Below, in pieces: positions 45,898 through 60,476 of a stretch of DNA of 64,000 nucleotides; the first letter of the stretch is position 1, and each line of letters starts with the position of its first letter. The translations under genes and the position numbers were made by a program. Source of the DNA: the human T2T-CHM13v2.0 reference genome, Homo sapiens. Location: assembly GCF_009914755.1 (NCBI RefSeq), contig NC_060938.1; one strand, written 5' to 3'. The notes beneath the pieces are model-generated. The model saw only the letters and a list, made by a program, of their open reading frames with translations, ran no database searches and was not told the origin of the DNA.

Positions 45898-47191
45898 TGT
45901 GTGAAGCAGAAGAGAATTATAGCACTGTTCAGGACAACATTCCCCTTGTAAATTTAGCCTCTAGACCATTTCTGCCATGGAAGATTCCATTTTGGATCAG
46001 TTCTCTCCAGAGTTCTGATGTCCCATCAGGTACTTGGGGCTGGTCCTCACATCTCCTCACTCCCTAGAGATCTGCACTCGCCCAGCCTTGGCTCTTACAC
46101 TGACAGATTGGTGTGGGGCTGAGAGTCATAAGAAGGGGGAACTCAATTCTGTTCAAGCAGAGCAGTAGGCCTCATTGTCATAATCGCTCTCTTTCAAACA
46201 ATACCAAATCCTTGTCTTTCAGAACCAAAAGCCATTAACCTGCTGCTTAAAGAAAATTACCATGCCCTTCTTCTTTATCTCCTCTGGCCTCTTAGTTGTA
46301 CCAAGAACTAGCAGAAGCTGTGGAGGTACAGATTTTCTTTAAGAGCTTCATAGGAGCCCTTGCCAGCTCTCAAGCAAAATTCAAGATCTAAGAACCTTTG
46401 CTTTACTCCCTTTCAAGTATCTTTGCAAGTATAATACTTAAAATTTCATAGAATCTATAGTTTCCTTCCGTTTCCAGAGCAAACCCCAAGACTTGTGCCT
46501 TTTCTGTCTTTTCTCACTATACAGATAGTAAACTGCATTTCTATAAATTTCCCAGATCAGGCCAACCTTGCTTGTGCCTAAAGATCTTTGCTCACTGTGC
46601 TGATACATTCTGTGTGGTGACAGAACAGGGCTGAAAAGCAATGTTGTGGGGAAGGGATACTACTGAGAATTATCAATGGTGCACCTGTTATGTATGTTTA
46701 GCTCTGAAACCCTGACTTTTCACTGCATCCCCTACATGAGAAACAAAGGCATGGAGTTAACTCTATGGTTTCTTCATTTGGAGTTTTACTAAAGTTTGGC
46801 TAGATCAGAACTATTAGGGTGGTCTCTATTTGGGAAAGTCCCTGGAACCTGTTTCAAAGTTAGGAGATAGGAGACAACTGAGGGTCTGGAGCTAGAGGAA
46901 AAAGAAAAAGAAGGGAGGGGAAGAAGAGAGAAGTTTAAAGGTGAATTGTTTGGGAAGATTACCATTGTAGAAGATTATGCCAGTCCTGTGGTGGTAGAAT
47001 CAGGACTTTGAGAGATGGTACAAGATTCAGGCTGCATGAGGGAAGCTGAGAGGGAAATACCTCTAATGGAAGTCTTCCAACTTTGAAGTGGTGTTGTTTT
47101 AATTTTTCCCATTTATCTTTGTCTGTAAGTGTTAACTAGGAGGGTCCATATGCTTCAATGTTATCATGGCCCATTCTGCAATGGGGCATAG

Positions 47192-47910
47192 TGTACACCT
47201 GACAGATCATCTTCCCCACTGCTCAGATAGAGCCAATTTATCAAAAACAAGGGAATTGCAACAGAGAAAGAGTTTAATACACATACAGCAGGCTAAATGG
47301 AAGCTGCAGTTTTATGATTACTCAAATCGGCCTTCCTGAAAATTTGGAGGCTAGGGTTCTTTAAAGATAGTTTGGCAGGCAGAGGGCTAGGGAATGGGAA
47401 ATGCTGATTGGCTGGGTCAGGGATGAAATCATAGTGAGTCAGAGCTGTCTTCTTGCTCTGAGTCAGTTCCTGGGTGGAAGCCCCAAGATCAGATGAGCCA
47501 GTTTACTGGTCTAGGTGATGCCAGCTGATTCATCAGAATTCAGAGTTTGAAAAATATCTTGAACACCAATCTTAGGTTTTATAATAGTGATATTATCCAT
47601 AGGAGCAACTGGGGAGGTTAGAAATCTTGTGTCCTCCAGTTGCATGACTCCTAAACCATAATTTCTGTTCTTGTACCTACTTCGTTAGTTTTATAAGGTG
47701 ATGTGGTCCCTGGGCAATGAAGCGTTTTGTTTTGGGAAAGGGCTGTTATCATCTTTGTTTCTAAGTTAAACTATAAACTAAATTCTTCTTATGGTTACCA
47801 GGAATGAACAAGGGCAGTCTGGAGGTTAAAGGCAAGATGGAGTCAGTAGGTCAGGTCTCTTTCACTGTCATAATTTTCTCAGTGCTATAATTTTTGCAAA
47901 GGTGGTTTCA
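47192..47910 (-). mobile_element. LTR8-like solo LTR
   Basis: Sense start 'tgaaaccacctttgcaaaaatt'; homologous to 31740-32501. Confidence 0.82.
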
Positions 47911-48290
47911 GCAAGAAAGAGTCAAGCATGACAATCCTACTCCTGGGCTGAGGCTTGCTTGTGATGGTGTTTGCCTGTACTAATGGCCAGAGGGCCAGGC
48001 CAGGAGTCACCATAGAATTCTTGCCTTTCAAGCTTAAGGTAGAAGAAAGTGGAATACTCCCTCCCCAGCCTATCTCTTCCACCTATCAGAACTAAGAAAC
48101 TTCTGTGCACTATGCCTTTTGCTATGTGCTAGGAAAATGAAATATGGTATTTGTGTGTGTGTGAGATCCAAGTAAAACAATCCATGAAAGCAATATTTCC
48201 AAGTGAATACCTACATCAGATGAGCAATCTAGGTCTCCTCCTCTGCAACCTATTATCAGCCTAGAGGAGGTCCCCACGCTCACCGGAATC

Positions 48291-48588
48291 TTTTTTTTTT
48301 TTTTTTATTTAGACAGAGTCTCACTCTGTCACCAGGTTGGAGTGCAGTGGCTTGATCTCGGCTCACTGCAACCTCTCCGACTCCCTGGTTCAAGTGATTC
48401 TCCTGCCTCAGCCTCCCAAGTAGCTGGGATTATAGGCATGTGCCACCATGCCCAGCTAATTTTGTATTTTTAGTAGAGACGGGGTTTCACCATGTTGGCC
48501 AGGATGGTCTCGATCTCCTGACCTCGTGATCTGCCCGCCTCGGCCTCCTGAAGTGCTAGGATTACAGGTGTGAGCCACCGCGCCAGGC
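48291..48588 (-). mobile_element. AluSc-like, full length
   Basis: TSD tcaccggaatcttt / tcaccagaatcttt. Confidence 0.93.
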
Positions 48589-48689
48589 CTCACCAGAATC
48601 TTTAACTTGCTGGTGTTCCTGATCTGTGGTAATGTTGGACCCGGTGATCAGACTCGTTTTCAGGTTGACAAATAAGTCAGTGAATTTTT

Positions 48690-50600
48690 CTGTATTTATT
48701 TTTTAAAGTAATATATACACCTAGTTTAAAGCCAAATAATATTATAAAAGATTTATAACAAAAACAACATTCCCCTAATATATCCCTCTCTCCCCGACCT
48801 GCATCTCCAAGTTCTTCCCCTCAGAGGCAAATAATTTCAACTCCTTCCTTCTTTTTTTTCACCTGGTATTTACTCCCATATTTCTAACATGATGCTTACG
48901 CTGCTATTTCTTGATTTATTGATTTTAGAATTATTAATTGACTGACCAGTCAGACTCCATATACTCATGCCAGATAACTCAATAGAGGGAGATTTAATAT
49001 AGGGTATTAGTTAGAAAGTGTTAGAATTGCTGAAAAAAGCAAACAGAAATCGGTAAGTTCAGCTGCTGCCTCTCCCAACGCTGGAGGAACAAAGGGAAAG
49101 GAGGTGTTCCAGGGCTGCCCAGCAAGAGGGGAACCCTGCAGCCACCTGGCGATTATGTAAATATTACCCACTCTTGAGTCAGTGCTGTAATTACATTTTC
49201 TTTGTCACACAACTTTTTTGTTTTTCCTGAAATAACTGCATTTTTTGTGATTTTCTTAGTTTATTGAATAACCAGCACCAAGAGTTCCCAAACACTCAGT
49301 GGTCAGTGCTCTGCTCCACTGGGTCCAGCACATAGATAAACCATTGGTTCTTTTTTTTTCCCTGGAGACCTCAGCCCTGGCCAACTCAGTTCTGCTCCAA
49401 CCTGGACCAGTTGCTCTCTGGGCCTGGAGCCCAGCTGTCTTTCTAGGATCTCCTGTCACTGTCCTGCCCACAGTCCTCCATATCTTTCATGTCTTGGTTT
49501 ATTTCCTTATTGCACTGAATCATCTCCTCTGCAGAAGACAAAAAGTACAATTTTTGAGACATGGCTGTCTAAAAACACTCTATTCTATCCTTACACTGGA
49601 TTAAATTCCACGTTGAAAGTTGTTTTCCCTGCAGTATATTGAGGGCAATGCTCTACTTTCTTGTACTCTCCACTGCTGGTTTTGAGAAGTTCAATCCCAT
49701 TCTCATTTCTGATCCTTTGTAAAATGACCTTCGTTTCTCTGTGGAATCTCAGGTTTTTCTCTTTATCTCTGATGTTCTGAAAACTCACAGTAATGTCCTT
49801 GGTCTGGTTCTTTTTTTATTCATGGTATTGGTCAAAGGAGGAATATTTCAATTCAGACCAAGAGTCAGCCAACTTTTCCTGTAAAGGGTAAGACAGTAAA
49901 CATTTTAGGCTTTGTGGACCATATGGCCCCATCTTAACTTCTCAACTCTACTGTTGTAGCAAAGTGGTCATGAACCATATATAAACAAATGAGCATGGTT
50001 GTGTTCCAATAAAACTTTATTTACAAAACAGACAGGCTGAATTTGGCCCATGGACCATAGTTTGTTAACCCCTGATCTAGATTCTAAATATTCATGTCTT
50101 TCAGTTCAGGGACATTTTCTTGTGTTATTTCTTTGAAAATATGCTCCCTTCCATTTTCTCTATTCTTCTTTTCTGTTGGCCCTGAGATTGTTTCTCTAAT
50201 TTTTTAAATCTGTTCTTTCTTTTTTGTCCGCATCTGGGTTGTTTTTTGTTTGTTTTGCTTCATAGGAGATTTCTTTCACTATTAAATATTTCTGTAATCC
50301 TATTTTTTAAATTTCTAGAATTTTGTTTTTCTCTCATTGCTTTTTTGAAAATGGTAGCCTGCTTTTGTTTTGCAGGTGAAATGTTTTTGTCTCTCTGAGA
50401 ATGTTATTTTGGAGGGTTTATTTTTGCATTTTGTTCTGCTCTCGGCAGTATCTCTGTTTCCTCTGAGAACATCCCTCCCCAAACTTTCCCCATGGTTATT
50501 GTTTTGTTTTGCTTCTCCATCTTTTATGTTGGATGCTTTCCTCAAACTTCTGCTGATCCTTGGATGTTATTCATAGTTAAAAGTAAGGTGGAAAAAGTGA
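48690..50600 (-). mobile_element. Ancient L1M fragments (approximate)
   Basis: T-rich L1M-like motifs ('tgagaagttc...ccattctcatttctgatcctttgta'). Confidence 0.55.
49859..50074. mobile_element. MER58A-like hAT MITE
   Basis: Degenerate terminal inverted repeats, 'gtgttccaataaaactttatttacaaa' core, 8-bp TSD attcagac/atctagat. Confidence 0.8.
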
Positions 50601-51202
50601 CTGGAGAATAAACGTTACCAAAAAATAATGGCTAACAAAAATCAGCTCCGATCAGCTTCTACCAGAGCAGCCCTCCCCCAAAAGATGACTATAACCCTGA
50701 ACTTAAAAAAAAAAAACCCAGAAAACTCTCTGAAATTGGTGAAGCATGACCAAAGGTAGACGAATACTGAAGAGCTGACATTTGGAACCATTAGGTCATT
50801 TTTCCTTCTTTCACAGCTTCTATCCTGAGAACAAGTCCCATTCTGCACCAGGGGGTAAAAATTCTAATAGAAATCTGCAGGCTTGCTGGCTTTAATAATC
50901 AGACTATCAATTATTTCACAACAGCAAAAAGAGAGGAAAGGAGAGAGCCAGAGGGAAGCCCCATATTCTGTGCATAAACTCCCACGTGATCTCTGGCTGC
51001 CCCTGAGCCACACATATGCGGGGCAGATGCTAAGCCACTCAGCTAAGGCTGAAACATGGAACTGAGATTGCAGCCCCTGCCCACGGGGAGATGGAGTTTG
51101 CAGTTTGAGTTCAGACAAGTTAACTTCCTGATAATTTTAAAATAAACAAACAAATAAAAAAAAAGAAGCGATGGGAAGCTCTGAATGCCTGGACCTGACT
51201 TA

Positions 51203-51556
<354 letters not shown>

Positions 51557-54500
51557 TCATTCATATTTAAAAATAAGGTGGGAAAAAGTGATTGGAGAAT
51601 AAAAGTTATGAAAACATAATGGTTACCAAAAATTAGCTCTGATCAGCTTCTATCAGACCAGTCCTCCCCCAAAAGACAACTATAACCCTGCACTTAATTT
51701 AAAAAACAAACAAACAATAAAACCACACAAAACTTTCTGAAATTAGTAAAGAGTGACCAAAGGCTGTCAGCATTTGGAGGGCAGAGCAGAGTAGGTGGAG
51801 GCCCCCACATTCAGAATCCCCACATTCAACCTATGTGATAGCTCCACTATCTCTGGTATAGGATGTCCTCTTGTCTTGAGCCTAGCCTCTCCAGATTCAA
51901 TTCTAAATAGAGAAGTTGAGAGTGTCAGAGGGGAGGAGGTCTAGTTATCTTCAGATTCAATTCTAAATAGAGAAGTGGAGAATGAGGGATCTAGTTACTG
52001 CCTCTGCAGGGGTGGGGTGGATCTGGGGCTCTAATTGAACCTAGACAGATTTCCAAACAACCCCCTGGCTTCAGCCTATGTGGCGGGCCTGCCTGCTACA
52101 CTGCTGGGGCCATTGGCTTGCTTCTCATCCGCACTCTTCTTCCTGGCACTGAAGGCATCGCTTTCCCCTCCCTGGTGAGTGGAGGCTCCTTCATCTACTT
52201 TCCATCCTTCAACAATGCATCAACCTCTTTCACAGTTTCCCACATTAACATTTTATTTCTTGGCCATCATTTTAGTGAGGTAAGAAGAGTGGACTGTAGA
52301 GGTTTAACTGTTGTGTTTAACTGGAAGTAACTATGATTTTGGAAAGTGCCTGGCCTCTTGGTACAGTACAACTGTGGCATAGGGCTGCCCAAGAGAGAAC
52401 ATCAGGCCACCTAGGAAGAGACTGGCACTGTCAAGCTCAGCAAATGACTGCCCTGGAAAGACAGTCATGAACCAAGAGAGATTTACAGAGTCACCTTCGG
52501 CTGTCCAGAGCTATCCTTTATTTTTATTTGAAAAGGGTAAGTGAGGGCCAGGGTTTTCAGCTCTCAAGAGTCTGATCTGGAGGCAAAGGAAAAGGAAACA
52601 CAACCCAGTTCCCTGGCAGGTCATCGATTCATAAACACTGAGAGTGTTTTCATGTGATAGTTGAACCTGCCCTGCCTTCCTGGCTCTCTGTGATTTATGC
52701 TGTGGCCTCTCCCAGGTGACAGCTGCCTCACTGTCCTCCTAGAGGCATCTGGCTGCTTTCAGACTCTGTTTGAAAAAAGATAAAATGGCGTTTTTCACAG
52801 AACGCTAGGGGCCACCTTGGGTCCAAGTTTTTTCCCCAATTAAACGGCTAGAAAGGAAAGCCAGGCAGCCTCCCTCCCATCTGTACCTTTGGCTCTTTTC
52901 ACATATCCAGAACATAAATGGAGCCAGACATGCCTCACAGTTGTAGAAAGATGCAGAGATTTCCCAGGTGCTCAGAAAAAAATGTTTTAATACAAAAATG
53001 AATGAGAGGAGGTTAAGTACCTGGTCAAGTCCATATAGCTAGTAAATGAGGAAGGGGAATTTGAAGCCAGGGCTGTTTGATTCCCACGCTGAGATCTGAA
53101 CCACGGTGCTGTGTAGACAGGGGCCAGGCCCAGGGAGAAGGATCCCCCTACTTAAGCCACTGAAAACCTGCAGCCTTGACCCACACCTGACCCCATCCCA
53201 GCTTGAATCTGCTTAGCTGAGCCACCTCTCTGCTTCCTTAGGTAGCCAATTGTGTGGAGTTTTTCTACAACCTGAGCAGACCAGCTGTAGCAAATCGATA
53301 CTATTGGATCAAGAGCTGCCACCTTCCATTTAGGGGAAGGCTGAATTTCAGCAGTGAAATAAACCAATCCCTTCTGTAGTTACTTTAGGCAGCCCTCCTG
53401 GGACAAAAAGGCAGCATCACCTGCCCAGATTAAGGAGCTTCACCCAGCAGGAGACAGGGAGGGCATCTGCCAGCAAGCCTCAGGAGGGCTCTCTGGGACA
53501 CTTTCTGGTAGGAATAGACACTTAAACTGCAGACCCCTGAAGGGTAGACAAACACTATAGGTGCTCCAGCCTCTGTGCCCACAGCTCATGCTGATCAACA
53601 AACCATTCCACTGGCCTGCCTTTCCCCTGCAGGGACAGCTCTCATTGTGTCCTCATTTAGGAGCCAGAGATAATCTATCAGAGATAACGATATCTTTTTT
53701 TTTTGTTTTTCTGGCAATAAGCAGAAAACCAGCCAGTCCAAAACAACCCAGCCGCTCTAGGAAGCTTCTGGATGTGAAGAGAAAAGTATCAGATATAACC
53801 AACAGCATCCCTGTCAAAGGACAGGCTGGAAATGGGCTTCTCTTCAGCATAAAGAAAGATTAGCTGACCTATCTTGCCTTTCTTTCTCCTTTCCACTCTT
53901 TCTCCTGCTCACAGGCCATGCCTATCTGCTCAAGGGAAAAAAATATCTTTATTGTTAATCCTTCATGGTGGGGGATTATCCATCTGCCATTCCAGGTGTC
54001 TGAAAAACCTGAACCTCATATCAAAAAAGACCCGAATCTCAAGGATCAAATGGATCATGCAGTATAGAGATAAAATAGGATTTATAGAGGGAAACTTACA
54101 CGCAGAGAAGCAGTTGAGCACATGTTAGCTCTGGACCTCTCATCATCCCAGAGCTCAGGCCACACACAGATGGACCCTGTGCTCCACAGCAAGGTTCCCA
54201 TCGAAGGAGGCTTACCCTTGGAAAGCTCCACATGTTTACAGAGGCAGGCAACAGCGTTGTCACTATAGAACAGTAGGAGCTTCCTGGTGGCCCAGGAAGC
54301 CTTGTTGGGGATGGGGCCTTCAAATCCCAGTGGCCTATTCACCTGTTAAACTGACTCAGAACTATGAGCCAGTGCTCTGCAAAGTTGCCAGAAGCCAGAC
54401 AGAATGAGCTCCGGGATCATCAAGACTGTAGGGATGTGCAATATCAGTCTCCAAAGAAAGCTTAACCAAAAGATTAAAATGCTCTTCTTTTTCAAAATCA

Positions 54501-54681
54501 AGAGACAAGAGAGTCCCTCTCAGCTACAATAAGGGAGAAAACTGCAGCTTCCCTCACTCCCCATCTCTGTTCTCTTTCCCTGCTTTCAGCAGCCTTGCTC
54601 ATCCCCAATCCCATCCCACCTCCCTCCTGGAAATGAAACTGATAAATCATTAATATCCATTAATTATCTATGATATCTAAC

Positions 54682-54812
54682 CTTTTTAGATTTTTGTAGA
54701 GATGGGATCTAGCTATGTTGCCCAGGCTGATCACAAACCCCCTGACCCCAAGCTATACTCCCACCTTGGTCTCCCAAAGTGCTGGGATTACAAGCACAAG
54801 CCACCACGCCTG
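54682..54812 (-). mobile_element. FLAM/AluJ monomer
   Basis: 'tgttgcccaggctg...cccaaagtgctgggattaca'. Confidence 0.85.
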
Positions 54813-55877
54813 TGTAGCACTTTAATGTAGCACTTACTACTCATAGGATACCTTTGTGTCCCATTCTCATTTTATATGCACAATGGTTATTTAATGCACA
54901 CCTAGCAGGTACCAAACACTGCTCTAAGTGGTTGGGAGCCCCTAGCATGATAATATGTATGTGTCACTCAGATTCCTGCTATCTGTGTGTCCCAAATTCT
55001 CTAGCTTTGACAGATTACCCTTCCCTTCAATTTGAAAAATAAGATGAATTGAGCATCTCTCCCTCATTCCATTAAATGAGAAGGCTTCTATGTATTTCTG
55101 AAAGGCTTTTGTCCTCATGGGCATCCCTCTATCTGGTTTTCCCTCCCAACTAAACTCTCAAATAATCCCCTCTGAGAGTTTCCTGCAGAAGCTACTCTCC
55201 AAGTCGGTGTTCCTTCATTACTCCTACCCCTCCTCCCTCAAGATTTTGGGCAACAGTTTCCCATTAGAATAAACTCCAAGTAATTGTCTACATTTTTATT
55301 TAGGACAAAGTTTCACCTCATTGAATACTGCCTGGTACAAACAGGCCATTGAGAATCATTGGAATGTGGAGATTTCCATGGCATTTGCTATATGGGATTG
55401 CACACATGTTTGAAAATTTCCATTGGCTTCAAATCGAATTTCTTTCTCTGACCTTCTAGAAAGTGAGATGCAATTGCCCCAAAACATCATCACAGTTTTT
55501 AATAATATGGAGCCATTCACTTCCTCCTCTAAAATAAATTACCTCCCTTAGGGTTCCAGGAAAATCTAGTAAAGACATAAATGTCCCTGGCTTGCACAAT
55601 ATTGGGAAAATTTACTGACCTCATGATGCACAATAGGATCTCCAGAAGTAGCCAATACAATGTCTCAAGCTTACTTCAAAATAGTACATTATGTACCCCA
55701 AATATATATATGCCAAGTTCTCTATATTATATTTTTATAATATTCACCCAGTTCAGCATTTCTCCAATTTCCAACACATTTTGTTAAAATCCATAGCCAT
55801 GTTATAAAAAGATCTAGAATAAGCCTTCAGATGAAGTTTGTGCCTTGATCCAAAAGAATTGTCTTCCAGGAATAGTA

Positions 55878-56189
55878 TAGCAGTCTCTCCCCTTATCCAA
55901 AGGGGATATCTTCCAAGTCCCCCAGTGGATACCTGAAATCACGAATAGCACCAAACCCTATATATACTAATTTTTTTTTCCTACACACACATACCTATGA
56001 TGAAGTTTAATTTATAAATTAGGCACAGTAAAGAATGAACAACAACAATAATAAAATAGAACAATTTTAACAATATATTGTAGTAAAAGTTATGTGAACG
56101 TGGTCTCTCTTTCTCAAAACATCGAATTTACTGCACCATGGGTAACTGGAACTATGGAAAGCAAAACCTCAGAAAAGGAGGGACTACTG
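55878..56189. mobile_element. MER44/Tigger7-like DNA transposon, internally deleted
   Basis: Terminal inverted repeats 'tagcagtctctcccctt' / 'aaggagggactactg'. Confidence 0.8.
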
Positions 56190-57520
56190 TGTCTTATGTT
56201 GTTATTTGAGTTTTTGTTTTCTTCTGAGAATATGTTGCCTACAGAAGTCCTCAGATGGCTACAAGCATCCCTAATGTCTTGGATATCAAAGCTATATATC
56301 CTCCCCATCACACACACATATATACACAGACACACACACACACTCCCCAAAATTGTTGAGCAAATGTCAAGTTCACAGAAATTCTAAGAATCAAAGTTTT
56401 GAGAATCTACTTCTCCCCACTCAAAACTGAGTCTATAAAATGCTCTAAGTAATCCAAAGGGCAATTATAAAAAGTCATGGGGGCAGAGAATTGTTTACTC
56501 CAAGAGCATCCATGGAACAGAAATAAAAGGGAAGGGAATAAAGCCAAAGGATATGCAAAATATCTACTCACTGCAGGGCATGCTCCTCAAGCTTGGTACT
56601 CAGTATCATTTACCTCAATTAAGTGTGAGCAGCTCACCTTGTAAGACTCCCCAGCCCATGTCACCTGGCTTTGAGACTGTCAACTATCTCTGGGTTCAGT
56701 CACATCAAGAATCTGTTCATAGGAATAATCAGGTTGTGCTGGCTGAGAGCATGTGAGCAATTTCTGGTGCGTGAGCCTGTGTGCGTGGGATGCCTTCAAA
56801 TCCATTTCATTTGGGCAGCTGCTTATCAAGACTTTTCCCCAGAAACCGATTTAGTCTAATGATTGTGAGTAGCAATGACTTCTGCTTAATTAGTATGGTA
56901 ATCAGTGCAAATTCTCCCTAAATGGTAGAGACCCATTTGGCAGGTGCCAAATGATGCTTAACCAGGTGCTAAATAGGTGTGAAAGCCTCAGTTCTGGTCT
57001 TTCCCAGCTAGTTGCCAAATACATAACGATGAAATGGGGTCCTAAGTATGCCTGAATGGATGAGCTGTTTAAAACTTCCTCTAATTGCTGGCAAGACCCA
57101 CCTACTCCCACACCCTGCCCCAGTGAGTCCTGCGAAGGCAGAGATAGCACTAGGAACACAGCTGAGAGGAGCAGAACAAAAGTAAAATCAATAATATTTT
57201 GGAGTCTCCTCCCAATTCCCAATCATCCCCTTTTCCAGTCCCTACTCAGCATTCCTTTCCTGTTTATATGTCCTGGCTTCTGCCTCTGCATTCAAAACTG
57301 GAGCTGTTTTTCAGGCACTAAACAAGCAAGGTCAGGGCTATTGTCCTAGCTTGTGTACTGCCCTGTAATCCATTCTGACGGGAAGTGAGACTGTGGCCCT
57401 AGACCAAAAGAGAGAGGGAAGGTAAACATTAAAGAAAAAAGACATTCCATATATAATCAGAAGTATATGTGTAATTGACCTAATTAATTCTCTTTTCATT
57501 ATTAGATAAAATAATAAACT

Positions 57521-58015
57521 TGTATTGACTGCTAGTTTTGGGCCAGTTAATGTCCACGAGTTATACTATTTAATTCTTCCTGACACCCAGTCTTCCCCAT
57601 GTTAAGCTGATCTATGCATGGCATTGTGATGCTGGCTATTGGCCCATGGATTGGCACGTGTTCTAAGATGATCCAAATGTATGGGAGGGAAGTGCCTATA
57701 TTCAACTGCTGGGGAAGAGGTGTTTCTCTCTCCTGCACTAGACATGAGGAAGAAAGCACGTTGCCCTAGCTGCTGTTAATGACTTTCTTGCAAATACAAA
57801 GGGAACCAGCCTGACAAAAATGCTGGAAATCAGAAGAGGACACAGCCAAGAGAACTGCAGAGAACTAAAGCTTGAGCCCCAGTTGTATTCTGCCTGGAGT
57901 TCGCTTTACCTCTGGACTTCTCCCTATGTGAGCAAATAAATCCCTACATTGTTTAAGTCAATTTGAGTTGACTTTTCTGTTATTTGCTACTGAGAGCATC
58001 CTAATTAACTGTACA
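57521..58015 (+). mobile_element. Old MaLR LTR (MLT1-like)
   Basis: 'gcaaataaatccc...tgtttaagtc...tgagagcatcctaa' 3' motif. Confidence 0.65.
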
Positions 58016-58819
58016 GCACTCTGGGGAGGAAATTGTAATAACCATTTTGTAGCTGAAAGATCTGCAGCACAGTGGGGTTAAATAATTTGGCCAAGGAACT
58101 GGCTGAGTCAGAGTTCAAACCCAGGACTGCCTGGGATCTGTGTTGTCCACACTGTCCCCCTGGGAGCAAGTGAGCCTGAGCAAACCCTCGAAAGTGGAAA
58201 AGCTTTGTCCTTTAACAATTACTTTTTTTTTTTTTTTAACAAGTAAGTGACTTGGAGCCAAGTTTGGAATATCAAGTGAGTGGTTAGGCTGAGAAATGGC
58301 ATCCTTGGCTACAGTTAGGAGACCTCTTCCCATATGGTTGAAGGCAGTCCTGAAGGAAGAGTCCGTAATTATAAATTTTAGTAGTGGCAACATTGTCAGA
58401 ACAAGGCCAAAGTCTCCCAAGGTAACTGCTTTGAAGGACCCTGTTCTTTAGATGCACATATTATAGTATGTTTAAGAAAACACAAAGTCTTGATTATCAC
58501 GATCACATCTCACACGCATTCAAGTCCCAGGTGTGGATCTATGGAAACTCTCTGGCTCTTCTCTTTCTCTCTACCTATACTCAAACACAAAGTCCTGAAC
58601 ATTCTTATTCCCTCATTACGTCTTCGGAGTCACCTTTTCCTTTCCATTCATCTTGACTTTCACTACAAACTCTTTTCTCATTTTTCTCCTCACACCACAG
58701 TTTCTACTGCACTGTTTGCCCTATTGCAAACTGTTTGCCCTCCAGACTCTCTCTGCTATTATGTGCTCACCCTCGCCAAATAACTTTCATTATGCCTACC
58801 TCTATAGAGACTCAGAAGC

Positions 58820-59115
58820 CTGCAGTGTGCATTGTGGAAAAAAGGCAGGCTTTGTTGGACAGGCATGAAGCCAAATCATGGCTCTGCCATTGATTAGCTA
58901 TGGGATTTTGCATAAATTACTTAGTCCTCTTGAGCGTCAGTTTTCTCATTTTTAAAAGGAAGTATCAACAAGTACTCTACTGGATTGTTACAGGATTATA
59001 GTGGGCAATGAATATGTGCTGACTTAAAGAGTGATTCAATGAGAAAGCACATTAAATACCTACTGTAGGACCGGGTAAATATTAGACCTTTACCAATGGT
59101 GCCAATCATTATTAC
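58820..59115 (+). mobile_element. MIR
   Basis: 'ggctctgccattgattagctatg...cagttttctcattttt'. Confidence 0.65.
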
Positions 59116-59576
59116 TGTTGTGTTCTTCATATTTAATTACTATGCAATATATGGTAGCTATCACCAGAGATCTAACCTCCCAGTTTGGCATTCAAGCTTT
59201 TACTGGACTTCTGGGCTTATGTTTCCACCCTCTCTTACATCAACACTTTAATCATACTCTTCTCTTTGTTGTCTTCTAAATATGACTCATACATTTCTCA
59301 GCTCTAAGTACCAGTTCTTTTTGCTACCTCTGCCTGGTGCATTCTTCCCATGCCCTTTCACTTATCTAAATATGATCCCTTATTTAAGGGCTTTAAATTA
59401 CTCTGTCTTCTCTCTAAATCATCTCTGACTATACCAGACCACAGCACTATCTCCATCCATTAAACTTTTTCTCTATACCAAGCATCTACCAATTAGCCTA
59501 TCTGGGTCTTCCTAGCTTGAGTATAAACTGCTTGAGGGTGTGGACATCACCCTATACCCTGCCTTTTGTTTTCACC

Positions 59577-59833
59577 TTGGCTTGAGTGCAGTGGCACAAT
59601 CATGGCTTAATGCAGCCTCGAACTCCTGGCAAGAGCAATCCTTCCACCTCAGCCTCCTGAGCAGATGGGACTACAGTCATGGACCACCACACTCAACAAT
59701 TTTTTTTTTTTTTTTGTAGAGATGGAGTCTTGCTAAATTGCCCAGGCTGGTCTCAAACTCCTAGGCTCAAGAGATCCTCTGCCTCAGCCACCCAAAATAC
59801 TGGGATTACAGGTGTGAAACACCCTCACTGGCT
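59577..59833 (-). mobile_element. AluJ-like, tail missing
   Basis: 'gagtgcagtggcacaatcatggct...cccaaaatactgggattaca'. Confidence 0.85.
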
Positions 59834-60476
59834 TCCTATACCCCTTTGATTCCCTAGTCCTTACCAAAGTTCCCAGCACATATAAACTCAATGAATCTAA
59901 ACTATTATTGCTATTGTTATAATTTAGTTAGGCCTCAACAATTTTTTTAAAAACATTATCTTACACCAATAAGTGTCCATTAAGCAAAAACCTTCTAACC
60001 CTGATTTTTGAGGTTCCAGGTATAGGTGGACATTTCTGTAGCTAGAAATATGATTAATTAAAGTAGACCTTGAGAGGATGTGTGGCCATAGAAGCTGTTT
60101 TGGCCTTTGCTGATTCCAACTTCACATGAAAATAGATAGATAGATTGCTTTTTTATTTTTTAATGTAATTCAGGGTAATTTATAGATGACAGCCTTAGAA
60201 CCTTTGATTGGATCAGTAGTAGCAGAGCCAGCTTCTCTGTTTATTGATCACCAATCAGCATGGAATAAATCTGTTGAGTTTCCACCCCAGAGAAAGGACT
60301 ACAGGAAGAATTAGTTAATAAAGTTGAAAAGACTTTGTCAACTGTAAAATAGCAGCTCATGGATGAGTATTACAATGGTCATCACCATTGCTATCACCCC
60401 TGATAATAATTAAGTTCCAGGGATTCTCTTAAGGGGAGGTGATGGTCTTATGCTTCTTGGAATATCCCCTACCACC

